Of a DNA stretch of 64,000 nt, positions 13,531-24,402 are shown piece by piece (the stretch's first letter is position 1; every line of letters begins with the position of its first letter). The notes beneath the pieces are model-generated. The model saw only the letters and a list, made by a program, of their open reading frames with translations, had not been told where the DNA came from and did no database searches. Source of the DNA: Takakia lepidozioides (Eukaryota; Plantae; Bryophyta); assembly GCA_030704615.1 (NCBI GenBank), contig CM060733.1, positions 70,122,001 through 70,186,000 of the forward strand, given 5' to 3'. A program made the position numbers and the translations under genes.

Positions 13531-16500
13531 CTACCCATGTGTTGTATCCCGCTGCAAAAGAGTATCGACCTCGTTGAAACTCATAGTGGCCTGGTGAATG
13601 AAGTTGTCACGTTTGGGATCGCAAACCATCCTCCTCAAAAATATGAAATACAAATGTTTGCAGGGTATGAATTTACCTCTCTTGCCCAAACTGGTTGATA
13701 GCATATTCACAAAATCAGGACATGTGCAATTGGGGAAATTGGAAACCGTGATGTCGTAGGTCCTGTCATGAACAGCAGATGTGGAAGTGATGATTGTGAA
13801 TACCCGACCATATCCTGGATCGGGTACTTCCGTGGTGCTTCCAACACGAGCTTGGAGCATTCTTGCGGACTCCACTTTGCCAAAGTGTTCAGCGGTTGGA
13901 GGGAAACGCCGAACGAGCTTTCCATCTCGTTTGGTTGGCCACAAGTCAGGATTTGCCGGGGGGACCCGGGAGGACGCAGAAGTAGTAGCACATGCATGGA
14001 GTTGGGGTTGTCTCGCAAGGGAAAAACCTGCCTCCTCCAGCATTTCAATCTCCTGAAAGCTGAGATGTGTTCCCACCTTCACGGGCCAAACGGTTGGAGG
14101 AGATGGCTTCATCACTACGGAAGGACGCACAGTTCCATGCACACATCTGGCACAATCATCTGCGCAGAACCAGAACTTGTGGTTCTTGGCTTCTGGTTGA
14201 CCGTATGGACGCATCAAGCCCGTGAAAGTCGGAGCAGGAGTTCGGGCACCACCTCTGGATATAGATGAAGTGCACTTCTCGAAATTAGTTGCCCTGATCG
14301 CTGTACATTTCACACGAGACCCTACACTTGTGCGTTCTATGTGCCAAACGTGGTCGGGGCATGCGGACTCAAGCACATCAAGGGGGTTGTTTCTCTCCTG
14401 CACCATTTCAGTGGCACTGTTTGATGCTGGAGCTTGCCGTCGTGTTGGAGGTTCCTCCACAATGGAGGTTCCGGACATGGAGCTGTCATGCAGGGGAACA
14501 CGAGGCTTCGAGAAGTTATCACGGTCTGCCCTGTGGGAATCTGAATCCGAACCAGGTGGAGTGTTCAATTTCCTCTTACAGGAGCCGAATCTCTCCTCCC
14601 CTTCAAGATGTGGAACTCTAGAAACAAGTGGCGTTCCCTGGGCATACATGCTCACCGCCCGTGCTATCTTGATTGGATCCCCAGATCTGTTTGCAGCACG
14701 CAACATCAACTCCCATTTGTCCGGACCCTTGCCACCAACCCCACCTCGTAAGAAATCACGGTATCGGGTTTGTTGTTGCAAGGCACGTATCAAATCATCT
14801 GTTGTTGCCACATACAAATCCCGACCTCGTTTCCCAGACTGCTGCAACCATGCGTTGTGCACAGTTTCTGCCAAATTGCAAGATGGCATGTCCGCCATTT
14901 CCTCAATGGACATGTTCTGCAAAGAGGATAACCACACTTCAGAACAGTGCACAGGAAACAACATAAAGAAAGCAATGAGTCAAAAATATGGAAAGCAAAT
15001 GTATGAATAAAGCATGAAATAGAAGCCTCGTACCATTGTCATGGCTGCTCCCCACTGTCTATACCGGAAGTGCCAAAACGCCAGCCAATCTTCCAATGCT
15101 CTCATACTCTCAAGTGATGCAGCTCCAGAAGAGAACCACCAGGCACGAATTGTCTGGAACAAAGTGTCCGCCTCCTTCATTGTTCTAGCATCTTTGTACT
15201 CTTTGCACAATTTACGGTGCTGAGTCTGCATCTCTGGTTTGATGTCCGACTTTGTATGTTTTTCCAGAGATTGTGTCCAATGGAATAGACATGTACGCTC
15301 TCTTCCTGGCATAGGCACTTTTGGGTCGCCCGATCCGAAGACAATACGAACAGCATTGAAATTTGCTTGAGCACTATCCGCCATGAAACCTGCGAAATTT
15401 GGAGATGGCAGCCCATGGCAGCCCATGACACGTATCAGGGAATTCCACATGAGCTTCTGGGATTCCGTATCCTCGGATTGCATGTCACAAACTGCAATTG
15501 TCATAACTCGTTGGTACACTGGATCGTAGACATGACAAGCCATTGTCGTCCAATCCTTCACTCGTTTCACATGATCAAACATAAGAAAACAGTTCTGCAA
15601 GTCCCCAGTCTTCTGCATCCGCTTCACGAGGCTAACCCCACTGCCCTCCCCAACAGTCGACATTTTGAAAAGAAAAACTTTGATGGCACCTTGACCTGGG
15701 AATACATTGTCCTGGATGTAATCGTACTTGCTCACTCGTTTCAATTCCAAAATATTGTCTATGTAGCCTCTGATCCCAGAGCCCATTCTCAATGCATTGA
15801 TCTGATGCCGAATGTTAGGTGAACTTAAAGTGGAGAAATGATCCATGACCAGGTCCAATGCTGCACCGTCAAGTTTAGTCCCCACAGAATCTCCTTCACT
15901 CAAAATATGGCTTTCCAAGAAGGACTTGCTTGCGCCAAGAGCAATTGCAGATGTTGTTGCGGATGGGTTTCTCCCGAACTCCTGTTTGATCAACCTCGAT
16001 ACTGTCTCAACACTCTCCCTGTAATCCCCCTTCGAGACAGGATGGTTATGGAATCCAAAATGCACACAAGCTCTCGTCATTGTATTCAAACGGTGGACAA
16101 CATAGTACATTCTTGCTCCGCAGAGCGCCAAGCAGGATGGCACAAGTTTGCAGAATTTGCAGACGAAAGTGTTTGCCGGTGGAGGGGCAGTCCCAGGCTG
16201 AAATGGATTTTCCGCCAGACCCTCCCATTCGCTTTGATTATGAACCCCAGACTGAAGAAAGTGTCTGCAATTCAAATTATCACACCTAAGGTGTCCATTG
16301 CAAACTGTCCTCCTGAAAACAAGCTTGTCATCATTCTGAATATTGGATGTTTTTGTTCTGCACCACGGGTGCCCGTCGTGTTTCTTGTCCATTCCATGCA
16401 TCATGATTGTTACACCTCCAACTCGCGGAGGAGGAGGCAGCTCGAATAGGATATCGCCATCAAAAGTCTCCGGCAAGAACTTCACAGGCACCTGCTTCAA

Positions 16501-17045
16501 AGATTCCCAATCAATTCCCCGCAACTCACTTTTGAATCCAGCCATTCCTCCCATCGCCCGCAATTTTGGAATGACACTACAAATCTCTTCTTCATCAGCT
16601 TCTCCAACCACAGTAGGAAGGACTGGATTTGGAATTTCACTTATGTCATCATCGGAAGAATCCGAAAGCTCAACGATTGGAGTGGAGGACGTCTGTTCTT
16701 TTTTCACCACCACCTCCCTCTTGTCTTCAACGACCGAAGCAGCAGTCCCGGGCGTCACATATGACCCAAGGGACTTTCGCCGAGGCTCTCCAAGTACTCT
16801 GTATCGACCAGGACGCACTCTCCACTGGCTGATATGAGCCGTCTCATCACGGTTTTGGAAAGAATATTTCACAACTTCCCTTTAAGATCGTACACCTCTT
16901 TCTCCAAAAAGATGGAGCCATTCTGCAGCTGAAAACGGGTAGCCAAGACATGTTCCAGAACAATTGCAAATCCATTGTCAAGGACTTCCTGGGAGAACGG
17001 CACTGGTTTGTCGTCAGAGAAGAACTCCGCTTCAGAGGAAGCCAT
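13531..17045 (-). CDS. MULE transposase (GCM-like Zn domain, DDE core, C-terminal SWIM); intron 14917-15033; single -1 frameshift near 16872
   Basis: FLMFDHVKRV (D), FMADSAQANFNAVRIVF (D), ERTCLFHW (CxxH), NLAETVHN (E) after splicing; SWIM CTCPDF...CKH; N-terminal CNGHLRC...CKFC...C...HNHP; ATG at 17045 (MASSEAEF) aligns with the element 2 N-terminus. Confidence 0.88.
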
Positions 17046-17900
17046 CTTCCTTCCTCGCGTACGTTTGTACCTTGCTATCGCAGATCTAGTGTAAATCGGT
17101 TTACTGATGTCTCCAGAACACAGTTGAAGAATGAGCAGAGAATATGGCGGAGGAAGCTCAGATAACGACTGTGCATATTATGTTATTCTTTCCAGATATG
17201 CAGCCGTCCATTTTAATTACTTTTCTTGTGGGCCCAGTGGTCAGAGTATCCCTAGGTGCAGTGTCGGCAGCTGTTAAACCGTTAACCAGAACCTCATCAA
17301 TAAACCCAATAACAAAGCCGACTTCCTGGAAGCATGCCACAGGATCTGAGAATGGGATTGCAGATTAAGTAAATGTATCTTTATACTACTACCAATGATC
17401 ATGCGCACCTGGAAAGTTCAAAATGTGAAACGAATGTGGGGTTGGCTAACAAGGATGACCGTGTATGATATTCCAAAATTTGTCATCAAACTCTCGTTCA
17501 TTTACATTTATTTGTGTAAGACTGTGCGCCAAGATTTCTGGGATTCGCTGTTATTTTTAAATATTGAAACCGTTCTAATAAAGAACACGCCGTTTTTTTT
17601 GGGCGACACACGTCAGACATCCATAACTGAATACGAACAGCTGTACACCAATTGCTGGCATGTGCACTAATAAGGGAACGACTATGTGTAACGGTCACGC
17701 GGGAGGGAATCCGATGCTTCTAGAGACACGCAAGAACGCAGGCAATCCCGCAAGAAATCGGGAGTCACTGCGTTTTTCTACTTTTCGCGCTTAGAGGGAG
17801 AGTGGTAGTCAAGCTGGAGAGGGTTCCTTCTAGAATACGAAAGAGAAGAAAGTCTCTTTATTTTACTTCCCTTAGAGAGAGACGCAGAGCAAGAGAGAAA

Positions 17901-20900
17901 ATGACGAGGCGTCGTTTGTTGGAGAACACAGGGCCAAGGCAGCAGGTGAACGCGGAGACTGATTCACAAGAGCAGACGGAGACTGAGGCAGCGGCTGTGA
18001 CACAGTCGGCGATAAGAGTGCGCCAGCCTGTGGAGGCAGAGATGATTCGCAGGGACACTGAAGAAGGTGGAAGCACGCGGAACGCCGAACCGGGAGAAGG
18101 TCAAGAAACCCTAGCGCAGACAGAAATTCCAGCAGATGTGAGAGGGAAGAGGAAAGCTGCAGAAGGGGATCAAATTTCAAAACCTAAGAAGGTGCCAGTA
18201 AGTTTTATCTAACTTACATTTCATTGTTGAAGATATGCGTAGAGATTGAGTGGAATGTCCCAGACAGGGATTGTCGCTACCGACAATCACAAAGGTGATT
18301 TGCTTTCTACTCCTCTGCGAAGGGTTTACAGCACAATGAGTTGGTGACTATCGGTACAGTCATTCACTGGTGTTCAGATCATACAGTCTGTCTGATTGCC
18401 TTTCAAGGAGTCCTTCCTCTTCCCTTCTTTAGCAGGAACTACTGAATTGCGAGCGTCGTTAACGCCATTCGATTCTCCTCATGAGATTTATGTACCTATG
18501 TGTTTGAAGAGAGAGTCTGCACTTACTATCCGCCCTAAACTACACTGAATGTCGTTGCCGCCAATCAGTTGCACATGTATGTCATTACACAACACCGATC
18601 CGGCAGGTCGTTATCTTTTGTGATTGTCGTTAACGCCGTTCGCTATCGCTCTCGCTTTTGTTTTGAATACGGCAGTATCAGCTTTGCTTGTGTAGATTGT
18701 GCTGAATTCTTTCACACCATTCATGGTGAGTTTCTTTGAGACAGAGTGATGGTCGTTACCGCCATTCACTATTTGCAAATCACTCAGTCAGAACTGAATG
18801 GCATCGTGCAGAAAACTGTGAGGTCGAAGCCTACAGGATCAGAGGGGAAAGGATCTGGAGATGGGGACGAGTCCGCAAAAAGCTCAGAGAATACAGATGA
18901 AGCAGATGAATCCGAAGTGCACTACCTTGACAAGGTGAAAGAACTCATGTCATTCCAGAAGGTAAACTCTCAGGAGGTTATAAGGGACATGCTCGTATCT
19001 GGAGGGCGTCTGGACATACCTCTGTGCCGGATGATATCAATGCCTGTTGTGCGTCCACCTCTTTCCCATGACATAACAAAATTGGAGAGTGATTTTGTGC
19101 ATGGATATAGACTTGGTGCACAAGTTTTTTATGTGTCACTGACGGATATAAATGGGAAAAGCACATTAGTGTCTCCAGAGATCAGTGATAACTGGGATGA
19201 GTGCTGGAAAGATGCCAATGAGGAGTTCGAGCTGGGCCTCATGATGGGAAAGAACACCCAGCAATTCTGCAACCACATGTTCTACGTCTGGGACGGCAAC
19301 CACCGATTGCTGGCATGGATGGGATACATTCAGAAACACCATTCGAAAGACAAAGACAAGCATGTTGCTGTGGAGGCAATGGTTTTGGATCCTGGAAACG
19401 ACATCGCTAGGCTTCTTACAGCTATGCACGACGTGAACAAGTAAGTCATCCAGGAGATTTCATTCCCTCTGTAGTGTCTTATTAATCCTCAAAAAACAGT
19501 GTTAAGGAATGCAATGTTTCCAATGTTTTTGCAGATCGACAGAGAAATCGCATGTGACAACAAGCTTGGTTCACACACTATTCCGAATTCAGAGGATTGG
19601 TCTGATGAAGCTGGATGATTTTCGGACAGTACTACCACCCAATATCATCAAGAAGTGCGAAACAGGAAGAGCTGCAGGCACTTGGTATTCTTTGACACGA
19701 GAGGCGTTTCTGGAGTACATGTATGCGGTAAGCCCGAGTCTGTACTCTGTTTACTTTTCGAATACATGTTTGTAGTCCCTTCGGAGCTAATCACTACTTG
19801 AATCAATGCAGCAAGAACTGGCAGAGGCAGCTGAGAAGGGAAAATCCGAATATTACCGCACTACACCAGAAGAACTAAGGACATCAAAGGGTGTGGAAGC
19901 TGCAATAAAGAAGGAGTTTGAAATGCGAAGAACCAAATTGATGTCAGCCTTCGGAAAGCAGCTTAGAATAGTAGATCCTGGACTTGGTCCTGAGTTCCTT
20001 CAGCAGATCAAAACACACTATGACAAGCATGTGCATCCGGAGATGCAGCAGGAGAAATTGCACCGGCTGGCCATATCGATGGTCGACCCACAAACAAAAA
20101 TAAGGTGGCTGGAGATATGGAACTCAGATCAAACAGTAAAGGACTTGAATCAGTTCCCAAAGAGCACCATACAGCCTGGCACAAAGGTGGAAGGAATCAG
20201 TGATTTGGTGTTTGATAACTGGCTCCACAAGGCTACATTTTGGAGTCAGGTGTGTATTCGAACATGCTGTTTTCTTCTCTTCAAGTATGTGATGAGTATC
20301 TTTTTGCAATTCTGACAAATATACTATTTGCAGCTCGAAAAGCGCGCCGTCATTGTGCTGGATCAGACTTTGAAGGACCTGAACATTTCGATTGTTTCCC
20401 CTCCCCAAATGTCATTGGAGGCATACATAAGGAAGTGGAGAGGTCTCACCTGGAGATACTGTTTTTTCCGGGAGTTCTCCAAAGATGGTAACATTTTACG
20501 GTCCAACGACTTTGACAGTCAGGTTGGAGGAGAGTGGGCCATGATGCGAGTTGTGTACAGGTGCAATGTCATACTTGAAACTCTACTGTTTTTTTGGGAA
20601 AAAATGTGGCTTCATATGGATTGCAATCTTAGATCCAGATTGAATGTCGTTGACGACATTCACTTCTTTGTCTGAGTCATTCTTAAGCGAGTATATGAAT
20701 TCACCTGGTTAGGATCTAAGGGTGCAATTATATTGTCCCTGATTAGAATTGATAATGTCCTTGAATGGCGTTGACGACATTCACATACGGAGTTGTTGAG
20801 AGGTCCTCAGAGTTATGTAAATTTTTGTAATGTCCATAGAGGTTACAGTGAGGGTTCCTCACTTCATTTTGCTGAATGTCAATGCAGACATTCAGTTGTT

Positions 20901-23377
20901 CTGCATTGTTTTTGCCTCTTGCGAGGAATCTGGAGGCTTGATAAGCTCTGTTATGAGAAATCCAAAGTGAATGTCGTTGACGACATTCACTGCTGTGTCT
21001 GTATTATTCAACAGCGACAAATTGAATTTACATGGATTGGGAGCTAAGTAATTGGTTTCTTTTTGGTATTTTTGTGAATGGCGTTGACGCCATTCACATA
21101 CAGTGATGTTGTGAGGTCCTCAGTGATATGTTCGTTATGAATGTGCATTGAGTTTTCCTGGAGGGTTCCTTACTCGATTTTTTGATTTCCATCCTGTGAT
21201 TTTGCTTCATTTAAGTAATAATTTGGCTTCATTAGTGAATGTCGTTGACGACATTCACTTCTATGTCTGTGTCATTCCTAAACGATAATTTGCATTCACC
21301 TGGATTAGGGTGTATTTACAGTATCATTGAATGGAATGTTCTGAATGGCGTTGACGACATTCATATCTGGAGCAGTAGTGTGGTCCTGAAAGGTCCTTGG
21401 AGCAGTTCTCAGAGCCATTTCAATCTATGTTTTTTTCATTCTGTTCTACTTGCATCTTACTCACTGAGCGCTTTTGTGGGTTGGGATTTATCTCCTTTTT
21501 TCAGGTACACGAAATATGTGCTTATGGAAGGAAATCACCTGAGCGGAATTCCCGACTATCTTGACATGTGGTCGGACCCTGCAAACGATCCAACCATGTA
21601 TACTGCAGGGATATTGAAGGACTGGAGTCCTTCTCACTTCAGAGACTGTGGGTGGTACCTTGACTGCCCACCTGAGCACACGACCTTTCAAGAACAGCAT
21701 ATGAAATACTTGAACAATAACGCTGAGATGCTGGCGCCTTTGACTGACGAAGAGTATCAACGAAACATAGCAACATTGGCTGCCAAGGAGCCTGATGCTC
21801 AGGGAACGCCGCAGAAGGGAAAGAAGGCGGGCCGCAAACCAAAAGACAAGGCTGTTGATGTCATAGCCATCTCACCAGCAAAGCCAAAGGACAAAGACAA
21901 GTCCAAAGAGAAGGAAAAGGACAAGGGGAAGGAGAATGAAAAGGAGATGGAGAGTGGGCAGGACTTTACTGCTGGAAGATATACCCGCACTCTTCAGTGC
22001 GTGTTCGATGCCAAGCCACACCCTTCCCGTTCTGATTCCGCAGGAGAGATGAAAATTGTTAATGAGGGTTGGCTTTCGATGATGCAGAGTCGAAAGAGAG
22101 GATACACTGGGGTGCCATCCCCTACCTGGGACAATATAATCTCATTCCTCAATCTGGTGAGAATTCCAGTTTCTTTCCTTTTTCTCTGAAAGTTTCGTTG
22201 GCAGTATTTCAGTCTCGTTCTTTGAAAACAATCTTGCCATCGTTCTTATAAAAAACATGTCTGTTGCAGGTGAGCACAGGTCCCACCTTCGTGTGCGGTG
22301 TGCAGAAAACTTATGCGGCCGACATTGTCATTCTCGACATCCCGGATGGCCAGGCTGTGCCAGAAGTTCTTCCAAAGGGCAAGACGCCAGGCTGGAACAA
22401 ATTCGAGGACAACTACTGGAGTTGGGTGTTCGGGTTCTGTAACAACTTCCTCTCTGATGCAGGGACACTTCTGCTTTTTCAGTCATGTGACAATGATAGT
22501 CGTCGGGCATTGGCATCATACCTCAAGTCTTCAGGGTTTGAAGTTTTGCGCACATGGAATTGTGTGAACAGCCTCTACCTTGTGAAAGGGGGTTTCCCTG
22601 GTCAGCTGGTATGCCGTCTCCCTTCTGCTTGTGCTTTGATCATGAGTTTCAATTTTCTCTGCAGCTCCACTCTAGTAGAATGTGTTATGATCGACACCGA
22701 TCATCACCGATTCATGATTTTTTTGTGTCAGAGTTCTGAATAGCCGATGTACACACTTCCACTATAGATTGTGTTTACCACACTAACCTGCTATCTTTGC
22801 CAGACGAGGATGTTCGAGGCGATCTGCCTGCGGAGGATTCGCACCTCAAAGACACCATCCTCCATCGCAGCTTTGAGATTTCTGACCAGGGTTGTTTCGT
22901 CAACCCCCCCTATGAGCCCCATGTCGATGACATTTTGTACAACTTCATGCAGTCCAGTCAGACTCTGAAGAGACCAGATGGCACTCCCTGGAGAGGTGCA
23001 AAGGAAAAGTCACCAGCGTTCATGCAAATACTGCTGGAGTCATGCAGCCACCGCTCTGCACGGGTGGTCGATCTTTCTGTGTCCACAGGTTCGTTTTTTC
23101 CCTTCCGAATTGGTTTTCTTTCAACAGTTTCATCTGCTTAAATCCCCCCCTCCAAACTGTTCATGTTCTCCTGTCTGGTGCAGGAGCAACTTACCACGCA
23201 TGCAAGGCAGGCGGAAGAAGCCTTTTTGGCATGGAGGGTGATTCTGACCTCTACAACACAGTGCTCCTCCCCCTTTTGTCTGGCTCCACTTCAGGCACAC
23301 AGACTGATCGGATTCAAATTCGAAATGATGACGATCCCGAAGATAAGCAGGTCGACAACGACTTTTCATGTGAGTAA
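17901..23377 (+). CDS. MULE partner gene: ParB/Srx-like N-terminal domain plus C-terminal beta-class N4/N6 DNA methyltransferase-like domain (about 9 exons, one apparent frameshift near 22840)
   Basis: GT-AG exons at ~17901-18197, 18812-19440, 19535-19727, 19812-20249, 20334-20560, 21505-22156, 22270-22608, 22804-23088, 23184-23377; FYVWDGNHRLLAW; ADIVILDIPDG...YWSWVFGFCNNFLSDAGTLLLF; WRGAKEKSPAFMQILLESCSHRSARVVDLSVSTGATYHACKAGGRSLFGMEGD. Confidence 0.75.
18269..18769. repeat. Five degenerate palindromes (GAWTGKCG-N4-CGMCAWTC type) in intron 1 of the partner gene
   Basis: Copies at ~18269, 18451, 18546, 18620, 18746. Confidence 0.7.
20641..21363. repeat. Six palindromes GTGAATG(T/G)CGT-TG-ACG(A/C)CATTCAC in intron 5 of the partner gene
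   Basis: Copies at 20641, 20762, 20967, 21073, 21234, 21342; arms up to 11-12 bp around a 2-nt centre; arranged as three ~300-bp units of two sites each. Confidence 0.9.
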
Positions 23378-24402
23378 GTGCTAAACCCTCTTTGGGAGTC
23401 ATACTCAATTTCTCGATAACATCAAAGTTACAGTAATAACTTTTTCAGGTTGTCTTTCAGGAAAGGCAGCGGTGGATCTTCAGGAGATACAGTCATTTCT
23501 GGCGAGTCTGTTTCGACAGCCCCCTTTCCAATTTTCTTCTTCCTGTTTATGCCGAGCAATGGCACTTCACGCGGCCGAGTCCCTATCCCCTGACTTTTTA
23601 GTGGCCAGCCGTAGGTGTATCCAGCGTGGATCCGGTGTTCTAAAATACTTAGACTTAGATGCAGAGGAATCGGGGATACATTGTACTGACTCTGAGTCAG
23701 ACTGAACTGTATTCTTTTAATATTCATTTTTCATATTATCTGGAAAACGTTGAATCCCCTTCCTCCACCGTAGTTGTTCCTTTAGAACAAATAATAATCA
23801 CAGAATCACCTTTCGTTTAAATTGCAATATGTATGAATCCATCTCACAAACCTCCCTGACTCTTCTCATATCCATTGTGCATTCATCTACACTGTATTCA
23901 TGCGTGCTCCATTCATGAATTTTTTCTTTGTACAACATCCATTGTACATTCATCCTCTGTACTCTTTAATCCACCCCACAAACCTTCCACACTCATTTCA
24001 TATACGAGGTGCATTCGTCAAAAGATTTGGTCATGCATCTTCCTGTCATGAATTTTTGTCATTGCTCAACATCCATTATACATTCATCCATTTTACTCTT
24101 ATCCATCCCTCATTCATCCATCTACATTCATTTTTCACACTCATCCATCTGTTTATCATCCAACTGTACATTCATCCATCCTTTATTCAATGCCTTTTAT
24201 TATGTCGTCCAGCTTGTTTCCGCGGTAAAGGGTGCCAATCCGCGGGAATACACTCCACTTCTTTCTGGGCGCGTGGTGACGCGCCTTCACGTGCGATGAC
24301 GTGGAGTGAGCCCCGTGACGTGGCATTTGCGCAAGGTGACGTGGCGTGAGCGCAGTTGCGCTCACGCACTCACGTGACCAGGCTCACGCCGAGGCATCCC
24401 TG

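Larger units (their letters stand above)
12893..24402. mobile_element. Complete Mutator-like (MULE) DNA transposon, element 1, with two divergent genes
   Basis: Left end caacgacgcaatggcgtgagc vs reverse complement of right end cagggatgcctcggcgtgagc; 9-bp TSD tctgcaaac (12884-12892) / tctgccaac (24403-24411); interrupts a PPR motif (DVIL|TALVDM); subterminal gacgtggcgtgagc repeats at both ends. Confidence 0.9.

Noticed and set aside
14222-16837. Long plus-strand ORFs (e.g. 14222-15010, 15838-16449)
   Set aside because: Antisense shadows of the transposase with no independent motifs
16865-16885. Programmed -1 ribosomal frameshift in the transposase
   Set aside because: No in-frame slippery heptamer, and element 2 has an uninterrupted frame at the same position
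20641-21363. CRISPR array interpretation of the spaced palindromes (also 40105-40748 and 44568-47680)
   Set aside because: Spacing is irregular (about 55-300 bp), intervening DNA is itself partly repeated, the sites lie in spliceosomal introns of a eukaryotic transposon, and no cas genes are present
17901-23377. Bacterial or phage contamination as the source of the ParB-MTase gene
   Set aside because: The gene has multiple GT-AG introns, some conserved in element 2, and lies inside a TSD-flanked element inserted in a plant PPR sequence
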